DNA of 64,000 nucleotides from an uncultured Clostridia bacterium (GTDB taxonomy: Bacteria; Bacillota; Clostridia; Christensenellales; CAG-138). The position numbers and the translations under genes were made by a program. Where the stretch lies: positions 175-64,174 of the forward strand of contig CAMVGD010000002.1 in NCBI GenBank assembly GCA_947166925.1. The letters are read 5' to 3'. This document shows, piece by piece, positions 54,650-63,851 of the stretch. The notes under the pieces were generated by a model that was given only the letters and a program-made list of their open reading frames with translations, ran no database searches and was not told the DNA's origin. The first letter of the stretch is position 1, and each line of letters begins with the position of its first letter.

Positions 54650-56020
54650 ATGAAACAAAAAACGCTGAAGATCCTGCTTGCGATCGTTTCCGTTCTGTTG
54701 GTGTGCGTATTGCTTGTGCAGGTATTGTATGTGTCCGGCGCATTCAATGCCAAGGCGCAGCCCGGGGAGGCGCAGTCCGCTTCGGAAGGCGAGCTGTCCG
54801 GCATGCTGCTGCACCGCGAGGGGTATACGCTCGAACAGGTGGTGATCCTGAGCCGTCACAACATTCGCTCACCGATGAGCGGCAAGGGGTCCGCACTGGA
54901 CACGCTGACGCCGCACGAGTGGTTCTCCTGGTCGTCGAATCCGAGCCAGCTTTCGATCCGCGGCGGCGTTCTGGAAACGGAGATGGGACAGTATTTCCGC
55001 AAATGGATGGAAGCTGAAGGGCTGATCCCCGAAAACTGGCTGCCGGAGGACGGCGCAGTCCGCATCTACGCGAACTCGAAGCAGCGCACGCTTGCCACCG
55101 CGAAGTTCTTCAGCGCAGGACTGTTCCCTGCCGCCGACACGGAGATCGAGCATCACGGCGAGTTCGACACGATGGATCCCGTCTTTACGCCGCAGCTGAC
55201 GTTCATGACCGATCAGTACCGCGAGGATATGATCAAAGAGATCAACGAGCGCTTTGCGGACGATATTGCGGATCTTGCCGACAATTACCGGCTCATCGAG
55301 GACGTCATCGACATCCGGGATTCCGAGGATTGGAAGAACGGAAAAACGACGGGCTTTATGACGGACGATTCCGAATTTGTGCTGAACGAGAACGCGGAGC
55401 CGGGCGTAAAGGGCTCTCTGAAAACTGCCTGCTCCGTCAGCGACGCGCTTGTGCTGCAGTATTATGAGGCGGACGACGAACATGCCGCGTTCGGCAAAAC
55501 GCTGACGCAGGAGCAGTGGAAGGAGATCTCCGCAGCAAAGGACCTGTACGGCGACGTACTCTTTACCGCGCCGGATATCGCGGCAAACGTTGCGCATCCG
55601 CTTTTGCAGGAGATCTATCGGGAGCTGATGACGCCGGGCAGAAAGTTCACCTTCCTGTGCGGTCACGATTCCAACGTCGGCAGCGTGCTTGCGGCGCTGG
55701 GCGTTGCGGACTACGAACTGCCGGATGCGATCGAAAGCAAGACGCCGATCGGCTGCAAGGTGGTGTTCTGCCGCTGGAGCGATGCGGCGGGCAAGAGCTA
55801 TATCACGGTCGACCTCGTCTATCAGTCGGTCGGTCAGCTGCGCGGTCTGCCGCTTCTGGATTTACAGCACCCGCCGGTGGTGTATCCGCTCGCCTTTATG
55901 GGACTTCTCTATGACGCGGACGGGCTCTGCCCCGCGGAGAAGATGGAGGAGCGGCTGAAAAGCGCGATCGACCGCTACGACGAGCTGCTCGAAAAATACG
56001 GGCTCTCGGAAGCCGCGTAA
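54650..56020 (+). CDS. Secreted histidine acid phosphatase family protein (AppA/Agp-like)
   Basis: Signal/TM at the N-terminus. LSRHNIRSP matches the RH(G/N)xRxP catalytic motif; a later HDSN motif is present. Confidence 0.8.
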   Translation: MKQKTLKILLAIVSVLLVCVLLVQVLYVSGAFNAKAQPGEAQSASEGELSGMLLHREGYTLEQVVILSRHNIRSPMSGKGSALDTLTPHEWFSWSSNPSQLSIRGGVLETEMGQYFRKWMEAEGLIPENWLPEDGAVRIYANSKQRTLATAKFFSAGLFPAADTEIEHHGEFDTMDPVFTPQLTFMTDQYREDMIKEINERFADDIADLADNYRLIEDVIDIRDSEDWKNGKTTGFMTDDSEFVLNENAEPGVKGSLKTACSVSDALVLQYYEADDEHAAFGKTLTQEQWKEISAAKDLYGDVLFTAPDIAANVAHPLLQEIYRELMTPGRKFTFLCGHDSNVGSVLAALGVADYELPDAIESKTPIGCKVVFCRWSDAAGKSYITVDLVYQSVGQLRGLPLLDLQHPPVVYPLAFMGLLYDADGLCPAEKMEERLKSAIDRYDELLEKYGLSEAA

Positions 56021-56035
56021 CAAACGATACGAAAT

Positions 56036-56061
56036 AAAGCCCCGGCTTCGGGGCTTTTGTT
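56036..56061. terminator. Bidirectional terminator
   Basis: AAAGCCCCG-gctt-CGGGGCTTT followed by TGTT. Confidence 0.75.
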
Positions 56062-56073
56062 ATGCTTGCAGAA

Positions 56074-57198
56074 TCAGTCGAGCTCTTTCAGATACGCCCT
56101 GCGGCGCTTGTGCTGGACCGCGTTGAAGCGCTTCCAGAGGTTGCGGATCTGCATGTTGTCCTCAAGGTTCAGGTTCGTTTCGGCGTACTCGGTCGTGCCG
56201 TTACTGAGCATGTCGCACAGCGCGGCGGCGATGACCGCCGGGATGCCGGTGTTGACGTACTCCGGCGCGACCGCGATGAGCCCGAGATCGATGACCTTCG
56301 GCTTTTTGATCGCCATCAGAAGACGCAGAAGCGCAGCGGGGGTGAGATGTCCCTGAGAAGGCTGCACCGCCTTTGCGATCGACGGGAAGCTCACGCCGAA
56401 GCAGACGACCTTGTCGTGCTCGTTCAGGATGCACACGACGTGCTCGAGGTCGATGATCAGCCGGAAGTTGTCGATCATCATCTTCTTCATGCCGGGCGTG
56501 AACGGCACGGTGCCGTACAGCCCCTCGTACGCGACGTCCAGAAGATCAAACAGCCCCTGCTGATAGCGGTTGATGAAGTCGTTGACGTTCTTCGCCTCGC
56601 CGATGCGCAGATTGTACTTTTTGAGGACCTGCTCCGCGAGCTTTTTGAGCTTTGCGGCGGTCTCCGGCGCGGGGGCGTAGAGCCGCGATTCGACCCAGTC
56701 GACTTCCTTTGCAAAGCCGCAGCCCTCGATCAGTTTTCCGTAGTATTCGGCGTTGTACTGCTCCTCAAAGGTGGAGAGCTGATCGAAGCCCTCGACAAGC
56801 AATCCCTCGCGCTCCAGATCGGAAAAGCCCAGAGGACCGCAGACGGCGTTCATGCCGTGCGCTTTTGCAAACTGCTCGACCGCGTCGAACAGTGCCTTTG
56901 CGACTTCGGGATCGTTGATCGAATCGAAGCGGTCGAAGCGCACGCGCTTTTCGTTGTTCTTCGCATTCGCCGCCCTTTGAATGATCGCCATGATGCGACC
57001 GACGACCTTGCCGTCGCGATAGGCAAGCCAGTGACCGGTCTCGCATGTGTCGTTGTAGATGAAATCCCTGGAAAAGATCTTCTTCTCGTCGCCGTAAAGC
57101 GGCGGAACAAAGTACGGGTTGTTCCGGTACATCTTGAGCGGGAACGTCAGGAACGCCTTCTGCTCCGCTTTGGTTTTGACTTCTCGGACGGTAACCAT
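56074..57198 (-). CDS. GNAT-family N-acetyltransferase-like protein (~370-aa type)
   Basis: N-terminus VREVKTKAEQKAFLTFPLKMYRNNPYFVPPL is typical of a conserved Firmicute acyltransferase family. Function unknown. Confidence 0.6.
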   Translation of the reverse strand: MVTVREVKTKAEQKAFLTFPLKMYRNNPYFVPPLYGDEKKIFSRDFIYNDTCETGHWLAYRDGKVVGRIMAIIQRAANAKNNEKRVRFDRFDSINDPEVAKALFDAVEQFAKAHGMNAVCGPLGFSDLEREGLLVEGFDQLSTFEEQYNAEYYGKLIEGCGFAKEVDWVESRLYAPAPETAAKLKKLAEQVLKKYNLRIGEAKNVNDFINRYQQGLFDLLDVAYEGLYGTVPFTPGMKKMMIDNFRLIIDLEHVVCILNEHDKVVCFGVSFPSIAKAVQPSQGHLTPAALLRLLMAIKKPKVIDLGLIAVAPEYVNTGIPAVIAAALCDMLSNGTTEYAETNLNLEDNMQIRNLWKRFNAVQHKRRRAYLKELD

Positions 57199-57210
57199 AA
57201 CGCCTCCGGC

Positions 57211-58083
57211 TCAGACGCGGCGCTTGGCATGGAAGCTTACGCCGACGCCGTTCGGTCCGCAGTGAGACCCCGCGGTCGGGTTCGTCACGACGGTCTCGAT
57301 ACTGAGGTCGTCGCCGAAGCGCTGGTGCAGAAGATCGGCAAGCTCCGCGGCGATCTCCGGCGCGTCGGTGTGACCGATGATGAAGTGATGCCCCTTGATG
57401 TCGTCGCCGAGCTCCTCGACGTACTTGACGAGCCGATCGATCGCGTTCGCTCTGCCGCGCTCCTTGCCGATGCTGACCATTTCGCCCGCGTCGTTCATCG
57501 TGATGATCGGACGGATGCCCAAAAGCGTTCCCATCGTCGCGGCGATGCCCTTGACGCGGCCGCTGCGCTTGAAGAACTTCAGATCGTCCGCAAAGAAGTA
57601 CTGCGCAAAGTGCAGGACCTCGCGGTCCGCCCATGCGAGGACCTCCTCGACGCTCTTGCCCGCTTTGAACAGATCGCCGATCTCGCGTACGATGTTGTAG
57701 CTGACGATCGTAATGCCCTTGGTGTCAACGGCGTAGAACTTCCGCTCCGGGAATTCCTTCAGAAGCTCGTCGACCGCTTCGTGCATTGCGTGGAAGGTGA
57801 CGGTCATCGCAGCGGAGAAGTGGACGTAGAAGATATCGTTGCCCTTTTCAAACTCCGGACGGAAATAGCCGAGATAGCGCTCCTTACTGATGCCGCCGGT
57901 CGTGGGCAGCACGCCGTTTCTCAGACTGTCGTAGAATGCGTGCAGGTCGATCGTTTCGCTGTCCTCGTACGGGAAGAACGTCTTTGCGTCGATCGCGTAC
58001 GGCATGGAAATCAGACGGTAGCCGTATTCCTTCGCAACCTCCGGGGTAAAGTCGGTATCGGTGTCGGTAAACAGTGTCAGCAT
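57211..58083 (-). CDS. DegV family fatty-acid-binding protein (FakB-like)
   Basis: 290 aa. DTDTDFTPEVAKEYG...; DegV-typical length and the ...SFHAKR C-terminus. Confidence 0.85.
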   Translation of the reverse strand: MLTLFTDTDTDFTPEVAKEYGYRLISMPYAIDAKTFFPYEDSETIDLHAFYDSLRNGVLPTTGGISKERYLGYFRPEFEKGNDIFYVHFSAAMTVTFHAMHEAVDELLKEFPERKFYAVDTKGITIVSYNIVREIGDLFKAGKSVEEVLAWADREVLHFAQYFFADDLKFFKRSGRVKGIAATMGTLLGIRPIITMNDAGEMVSIGKERGRANAIDRLVKYVEELGDDIKGHHFIIGHTDAPEIAAELADLLHQRFGDDLSIETVVTNPTAGSHCGPNGVGVSFHAKRRV

Positions 58084-58087
58084 GGTT

Positions 58088-59734
58088 TTACTCTCCTACT
58101 AAGATATATTGGTGAACGGGCTGTCCGCCTTCGATGCGGATGATCTCCGTTCTGGGGTACATTTTGACAAGCGCCGTAAAGAGCGCGTCCGCTTCCGCCT
58201 GCGGCGCGTCAAGCCCTGCAAGCAGCAGCAGCACGCCGCAGGTTTCGACGTGCATCTCCTTTGAGAGCTGCAGCGCGGTATCGACGGCGTCGCCGTCGTT
58301 GACGTAGATCGTGTCGCCGATGAAGCCGATGAAATCACCCTCGCGCACATGTACGCCGTCCTTGTCGGCGTTGCGGCTTGCGCGGGATACAAACCCGGTC
58401 GTGACGGACGCGATGACCTCATTGAGCTCCTGTACGATCTCGTCCGGCTCGCCCGCGTTCGTGTCCATCATCGAGATCGCGGCGTAGCCCTCGCCGACCG
58501 AGTGCGTGTTCAGCACGCGGATGTCGGAGGCGGGGTAGAGGTCCTTCGCCTGCTTTGCGGTCATCAGGACGTTGCCGTTGTTCGGGAACACGTAGATCAC
58601 GTCCGCGTTCGTTTTGTCAAACGCGTCGAGAAAATCGGCGGTGCTCGGGTTCATGCTCTGTCCGCCGTCGATCACGACGTCCGTACCGAGCTCCAGGAAC
58701 GTTTTCTTCAGCCCTGCGCCCGCCGCGACGGCGACGATGCCGGCCTTCTTGCGCGGCTTCGGCACGGTGACGGTGACCTCGGGCAGATCGGTCTCGTTGT
58801 GCTGCAGCGACATGTTTTCAACCTTGAGCGTCAGGAACTCGCCGTAGCGCTGGCAGCGGTTCAGGATGTCGCCGGGGCGCATCGTGTGAACGTGCACCTT
58901 CAGGATTGATCCCTCGCGGAATGCGACGACCGAATTGCCGACGCTGTTCAGGTACTCGATGAATGCGTCGAGGTCGAACGCCTCGGGATCGCCCTTCGCG
59001 TTCTGCAGCCGCAGCAAAAACTCAGTGCAGTAGCCGTATTCCAGCACGCTGTCCGCGCCGAACGCGTCCAGATCCGCCTTCTTGGTCTCGGTGTGCGCTT
59101 CGGCGCGCTCCACCGTTTCGCCGGAAATCGTGCGGCGCATGCCTTCAAAGATATAGATCAGTCCCGCGCCGCCGGAGTCGACCACACCCGCTTCGCGCAG
59201 CACCGGCAGAAGCTCCGGCGTGCGTTCGAGCGAATGCTGCATCTCGCCGAGCAGGTCGCTGAAGTACGTTTCAAGCGTGGAGTCTTTCGTGATGCGTTCG
59301 TTTGCGTAGCGTACGCCGTCTCTGAAAACGGTCAGGATCGTGCCCTCGACCGGAACGGGTACCGCGCGGTAGGCTTCCTCGACGCCGCATTCCATCGCAT
59401 GTGAGATCACGGAAAGATCCGCCTCGCGAACGCCCTCGAAGCCGCGATTGATGCCGGAGAAGATACGGGAAAGGATCACGCCCGAGTTTCCGCGCGCGCC
59501 CAAAAGCATGCCGTGCGCGCTGCGGCTTGCGACGGACGCGAGATCGGCCTCGTCGTCGCGATCGACCGCGTCCGCGCCGGAATAGACCGTTGCGAGCATG
59601 TTGTCGCCGGTGTCGCCGTCGGGAATGGGAAAGACGTTCAGATCGTTGACTGCCTTGCGGTAGCAGCCCAGATGGTCCGCGCCGCTATTGATCATGCCGG
59701 CGTACAGCGCGCCGCTTAACGTCATTGTCTGCAT
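58088..59734 (-). CDS. DAK2-domain protein (YloV/FakA-like fatty acid kinase subunit)
   Basis: NVFPIPDGDTGDNM (DhaL/DAK2 motif); ~548 aa, as for FakA. Start moved to ATG 59734 behind GGAGG. The track ORF is over-extended. Confidence 0.8.
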   Translation of the reverse strand: MQTMTLSGALYAGMINSGADHLGCYRKAVNDLNVFPIPDGDTGDNMLATVYSGADAVDRDDEADLASVASRSAHGMLLGARGNSGVILSRIFSGINRGFEGVREADLSVISHAMECGVEEAYRAVPVPVEGTILTVFRDGVRYANERITKDSTLETYFSDLLGEMQHSLERTPELLPVLREAGVVDSGGAGLIYIFEGMRRTISGETVERAEAHTETKKADLDAFGADSVLEYGYCTEFLLRLQNAKGDPEAFDLDAFIEYLNSVGNSVVAFREGSILKVHVHTMRPGDILNRCQRYGEFLTLKVENMSLQHNETDLPEVTVTVPKPRKKAGIVAVAAGAGLKKTFLELGTDVVIDGGQSMNPSTADFLDAFDKTNADVIYVFPNNGNVLMTAKQAKDLYPASDIRVLNTHSVGEGYAAISMMDTNAGEPDEIVQELNEVIASVTTGFVSRASRNADKDGVHVREGDFIGFIGDTIYVNDGDAVDTALQLSKEMHVETCGVLLLLAGLDAPQAEADALFTALVKMYPRTEIIRIEGGQPVHQYILVGE

Positions 59735-59745
59735 AGGCGCCTCCG

Positions 59746-59979
59746 TCAGATACGGCCCGGGATCGTCGCGTCGACGTCCACGATGTCGTCCAGCGAGCAG
59801 TGCAGCACGCTGCAGATCTTGAGAAGCGTATTGAGATGGACGGGCATGCCCTTGCCGAGCTTCGCGATCACCGCAGAGCTCAGCTTTGTTCTGCTCTGCA
59901 GATCCTTTTTCTTCATCTTGCGGCTCAAAAGAAGCGCCCAAAGCCGGTCGTAGCAAACCTGAAAGGATTCCGGTATCAT
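59746..59979 (-). CDS. Small XRE/Cro-like HTH protein
   Basis: 77 aa. KKKDLQSRTKLSSAVIAKLGKGMPVHLNTLLKICSVLHCSLDDIV. Confidence 0.7.
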   Translation of the reverse strand: MIPESFQVCYDRLWALLLSRKMKKKDLQSRTKLSSAVIAKLGKGMPVHLNTLLKICSVLHCSLDDIVDVDATIPGRI

Positions 59980-60134
59980 TGGTTCCCCCTGAAAAGCAAA
60001 GCGTCCTCATTTGCCGCTTTGCCGAAATTACAGGTTAATTTTATCATTCCCTGCGACAGATTTCAACATAATCTTTACAAAAGAAAAGAAAAACACAATA
60101 TATTGTGCAGAAGGGACCGTTTTGAGCCTTTTTC

Positions 60135-60163
60135 TTGACATTCAGGCAGACCTGCAATATAAT
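60135..60163 (+). promoter_or_regulatory. Consensus sigma-A promoter
   Basis: TTGACA-17 nt-TATAAT, a perfect match to both hexamers, upstream of the zinc-ribbon gene. Confidence 0.7.
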
Positions 60164-60218
60164 ATACGATAACAGCGGAGCTCCGAAAGGATCCGCATCA
60201 AAACAGGAGGACAAGACT

Positions 60219-60719
60219 ATGTTTTGCAGCAATTGCGGAAAAGAACTGCCGGGCAACGCAAAGTTCTGCGACGCATGCGGACAGCCGGTCGTCCGACCGG
60301 ACAGCGCGCCCGTGAAGGAGCCGGAGCCTGCGCCGATCGTCATTCCGACGCCGGAACCGGAACGGAACAAAACCGCGAATGAACCGGTCGACGAGCCGGC
60401 GTTTGCACCGAAGCCGGAGCCGGAGCCTGTCGTTCCGGCGGAGAACCGTCCGCTGAGTCCCTGGGGATATTTCGGATACGGTCTTCTGTTCTCGATCCCG
60501 ATCATCGGTTTCATTCTGCTGATCGTTTTCTCCTTTGCGGGAAAGAACGTCAACCGCAAGAACTTTGCGCGTTCGTATTGGTGCTGGTTCATCCTGTCGC
60601 TCGCGCTCATTCTGATCCTGGTCATCCTGATCCTGACGGGGCTTCTGCGCCTGACGGGCGATTTCGGCACATGGCTCAGCGCAAACGGATTCGGCTGGCT
60701 GGTGAAATTGTTCCACTGA
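60219..60719 (+). CDS. Zinc-ribbon membrane protein
   Basis: MFCSNCGKELPGNAKFCDACG zinc ribbon, Pro/Glu linker, three C-terminal TM helices. RBS AGGAGGA. Confidence 0.7.
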   Translation: MFCSNCGKELPGNAKFCDACGQPVVRPDSAPVKEPEPAPIVIPTPEPERNKTANEPVDEPAFAPKPEPEPVVPAENRPLSPWGYFGYGLLFSIPIIGFILLIVFSFAGKNVNRKNFARSYWCWFILSLALILILVILILTGLLRLTGDFGTWLSANGFGWLVKLFH

Positions 60720-60734
60720 ACCGCGAACCTTACG

Positions 60735-60765
60735 GGAACGGCAAACGCCGTTCCTTCTTTTTTTT
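60735..60765 (+). terminator. Terminator
   Basis: GGAACGGC-aaac-GCCGTTCC followed by TTCTTTTTTTT. Confidence 0.8.
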
Positions 60766-60788
60766 ACATCTCTGTTGCGCCGGAATGC

Positions 60789-60818
60789 TTTACAGTTCGA
60801 CAAAAAACGTGGTATACT
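60789..60818 (+). promoter_or_regulatory. Candidate extended -10 promoter of the fusion-protein gene
   Basis: TTTACA-18 nt (including TG)-TATACT. Confidence 0.45.
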
Positions 60819-60924
60819 ATTATATCAAGCATAAAAACCGCAGAGACGGTATGCGCCGCGGCGCAGCGTATTTGTCCGCCCGATCGTCTCTGATTACAGA
60901 AGAACAGAAAGAGAGAGTTTTGAT

Positions 60925-63333
60925 ATGAAGAAAATCGCATGGCTGCTTGTGATCCTCCTTGCGTTTACGTTCGTTCCGCAGGGCGCGGTCGACTCCGCCG
61001 TGGGAGAAACGGATACGGCGGAGCGGCTGATCGCGACCGTGACGATGCCGGAGGGACGCGAAAAGGAAGCGTTCCTGCTGACGGACGGCTTCGCTGAGAC
61101 GCATGTCGTCTTCCGGTCCGACAGCACGGTCCGTTTCGCGTTTTCGGAGGAAGCGGCGCAGCTCGTGACGGTCTGGAAGGACGATCCCAAGGCCGTGAAG
61201 CTGATCTGCTATGCGGGGGAGACGGTGCTTTCGGAATCCGATCTCGAAGTGCCGTTCCTGTCGACCGTGACTGCGCTTCCGGAGGGGACGACCGCCGTGG
61301 AGCTCGTTCTGAGCGTTCCGAAGGACGAGGAGACCGCGCTGTCCGACGTATACGCATATACCGCCGGCAGGCTTCCCGAAACCGAGTATCAATGGCAGCG
61401 TGCGGAAAAAGTCGACGTGCTGCTTGTCGCGGCCTATCCGGGCGATGAGTTCCGCTTTTTCGGCGGGCTTTTGCCGAAGCTGATCAACGACGGCGTGAAT
61501 GTCGCCGTCTGCTATTTCGACGATCACAGCCGCGCGCGGCTCGAGGACGCGTTCTGCGCGCTCTGGTCGCTGGGGCTGAAAACATACCCCGTCCGGCTCG
61601 GCATGCACAATAAGCTGAGCCTCGAATATAAGAATCTTTCGGACAACTGGAAGAAATCGGATCCCGCGCGGCTGATGGAACAGCAGCTCACGGCGCTCAA
61701 GCCGACGGTCGTTGTCGCACCGTCCGGCGCAAAGGACGGACCTGCGGAGGCGCGGCTCGTTTCGGAGATCGTGCAGCAGGTCTGCGGCAAGCATACCGAC
61801 ACGTTCAAAAAGCTGTATCTCGCCGAATCGGGCGACAATGCGGTCACGATCGCCGACGAGGTGCTTCCGTATTACGAGCAGAGCGCAAACGCGCTTGCAC
61901 AGCAGGCGCTGGACGGCATGCGGTCCGGCGGGTACTGGGAATACCGCGCCCGCACGGACGGCACGTACCGCCTCGTCCGTTCGCAGGTCGGCGCCGATAC
62001 CGCGAAGGATACGCTGTTCGAGCACGTCACGGTGACGTTTGCGCCGCCCGCTGCGGCGACCCCGGAACCGACGCCGGAGCCCACGGAGGAGCCGACGCAG
62101 GAGCCGGTACCGGAGGCAGAGGATACGCCCGCGCCGGTTTCGGGCACGACGGCGATCCCGATCTTTGATGAAGAAATCATAACGGAAACGGCTGTGCCGA
62201 CGTCGGCGCCGACGCCGGTTTCCGAAAAGCGCGGCTTCCTTTCCTGCGCAGGCAAGGAGATCACACCGAAGCCTTCCGATACGCCCGCGCCGACACCCGA
62301 GTCCACGCCGGAGCCCACGCCCGTGCCGACCCCGGAACCGACCCCTGAGCCGACGCCCGAACCGACGCCCGAGCCGACCCCGGAGCCGACGCCCGAGCCC
62401 ACGCCGGAACCGACGCCCGAGAAGTTTGCAGAACATTTTCTGGCGGAAGGCGAGGCGGAGCAGTTCACGATGGATCGCGAGGGCGGACACTGGACCTACC
62501 GCGATCAGTCCTCCGATTTTGACGTGCGCCGCGTGAACACGAAGGACCGCGACGGCGCGCCGCAGCAGTATTGGATCGCGCATATCCGGATGCGAAAGAG
62601 TCAGGTGCGTTCCGGCTTCGGCGGAGAGGCGCGTGACGACGGTTCGGTCCGTGCTCCGCTGTACAGGATGGCGCGCCGCTACGGCGCGGTGCTGGCGATC
62701 ACCGGCGACAACATGTTCTGCTGGAAGGAGTGCTGGACGCTCAAGAGCACGTCGATCCGGGACGGTCACGTCTACAAGGACAAGGACGATTACAAGGACC
62801 AGGGAGGACCGCTGCTGGCGTGGAACGAGCGGACCCTGTCCTTCGATCTGTATGAAAACAACGAGCTGACGACGCAGGAGCTTCTGGAGCGCGGATACCG
62901 CGACGTTCTCTGCTTCGGACCGGTCCTGGTGCGGAACGGCGCCGCCGTACCGAACCTGAACCGTCTGTCCATCCACGACGCGGACAGCAAGCGTCCGCGC
63001 GTCGGGATCGGACAGATCGAGCCGGGACACTTTGTGGTCATCGTCGCGGACGGAAAGAATCCGGGCAAGGCAAGCGGCTACACGTTTGACGACTTTGCGG
63101 CGATGTTCCGCGACGAGGGCTGCGATATGGCATACGCCCTCGACGGCGGACTGTCCGCGGATATCGTGTTCATGGGCGTGCATCTCAGGGAGAGGAAGGA
63201 GCGGCGCGACCTGCCGGACAGTCTGCTGTTCGGTCACACGGAGCTGCTGCCGAAGGAGAACGATCCGAAGCCGGACGCCTACACGGTCGGCGTCGACGAG
63301 AACGGCAATTCGATCTTTGTATTGAAGCACTGA
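60925..63333 (+). CDS. Secreted fusion protein: PIG-L-like domain (degenerate motif) + Pro/Thr linkers + phosphodiester glycosidase (NAGPA/DUF2233) domain
   Basis: Signal peptide. The N-terminal half is paralogous to 25117..26595 but has AAYPGDEFRFFGG in place of STHPDDDVLFMGG. The C-terminal half (AITGDNM...PRVGIGQIEPGHFVVIVADGK...AYALDGGLSADIVFMG) is paralogous to 23847..24818. Confidence 0.75.
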   Translation: MKKIAWLLVILLAFTFVPQGAVDSAVGETDTAERLIATVTMPEGREKEAFLLTDGFAETHVVFRSDSTVRFAFSEEAAQLVTVWKDDPKAVKLICYAGETVLSESDLEVPFLSTVTALPEGTTAVELVLSVPKDEETALSDVYAYTAGRLPETEYQWQRAEKVDVLLVAAYPGDEFRFFGGLLPKLINDGVNVAVCYFDDHSRARLEDAFCALWSLGLKTYPVRLGMHNKLSLEYKNLSDNWKKSDPARLMEQQLTALKPTVVVAPSGAKDGPAEARLVSEIVQQVCGKHTDTFKKLYLAESGDNAVTIADEVLPYYEQSANALAQQALDGMRSGGYWEYRARTDGTYRLVRSQVGADTAKDTLFEHVTVTFAPPAAATPEPTPEPTEEPTQEPVPEAEDTPAPVSGTTAIPIFDEEIITETAVPTSAPTPVSEKRGFLSCAGKEITPKPSDTPAPTPESTPEPTPVPTPEPTPEPTPEPTPEPTPEPTPEPTPEPTPEKFAEHFLAEGEAEQFTMDREGGHWTYRDQSSDFDVRRVNTKDRDGAPQQYWIAHIRMRKSQVRSGFGGEARDDGSVRAPLYRMARRYGAVLAITGDNMFCWKECWTLKSTSIRDGHVYKDKDDYKDQGGPLLAWNERTLSFDLYENNELTTQELLERGYRDVLCFGPVLVRNGAAVPNLNRLSIHDADSKRPRVGIGQIEPGHFVVIVADGKNPGKASGYTFDDFAAMFRDEGCDMAYALDGGLSADIVFMGVHLRERKERRDLPDSLLFGHTELLPKENDPKPDAYTVGVDENGNSIFVLKH
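62284..62424 (+). repeat. In-frame tandem (CCG GAG CCG ACG)-type repeats encoding (PTPE)n
   Basis: Encodes PAPTPESTPEPTPVPTPEPTPEPTPEPTPEPTPEPTPEPTPEPTPE. Similar tracts lie at ~20586-20665 and ~26341-26470. Confidence 0.85.
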
Positions 63334-63341
63334 CGACGAAG

Positions 63342-63372
63342 AACACGGGGGAACAGCGCTCCCGTGTTTTTT
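63342..63372 (+). terminator. Terminator
   Basis: AACACGGGGG-aacagcg-CTCCCGTGTT followed by TTTT. Confidence 0.8.
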
Positions 63373-63432
63373 CATGCTTGCGAACTGCCTGTGATGATGG
63401 TACAATAACACAAAGGAAAGGGAGGCGGCTGT

Positions 63433-63834
63433 ATGCTGTACGAATACCGTTTGGAGACCCCGAAGGAGGGCTTTATCGACATTACGAACGAGGTACGCGA
63501 CGCCTGCAAACAGAGCGGCGTATTCGACGGAATGATGACCGTCTACTGCCCGCACACCACCGCGGGCGTCACGATCAACGAGAATACCGATCCGGATGTG
63601 AAAAACGACCTGTTGCTTGCGCTGAACAAGACCTATCCGGACCGTGCGGAGTTCCGCCATGCGGAGGGCAACAGCGCGGCGCATCTGAAGGCGAGCGTCA
63701 TCGGCAGCAGCGTTACGATCATGATCGACGACGGCGAGCCCGTGCTCGGGCAATGGCAGGCGGTGTATTTTGCGGAGTTTGACGGTCCGCGTTCCCGCCG
63801 GTTTACCGTCAAGGTCATGGGCAGCAGAGGATAA
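63433..63834 (+). CDS. yjbQ: YjbQ/UPF0047 family protein (secondary thiamine-phosphate synthase)
   Basis: 133 aa. TVYCPHTTAGVTINENTDPDVKNDL...HLKASVIGSSVTI is family-typical. Confidence 0.85.
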   Translation: MLYEYRLETPKEGFIDITNEVRDACKQSGVFDGMMTVYCPHTTAGVTINENTDPDVKNDLLLALNKTYPDRAEFRHAEGNSAAHLKASVIGSSVTIMIDDGEPVLGQWQAVYFAEFDGPRSRRFTVKVMGSRG

Positions 63835-63851
63835 AAAGAAAGGAGCCACCT

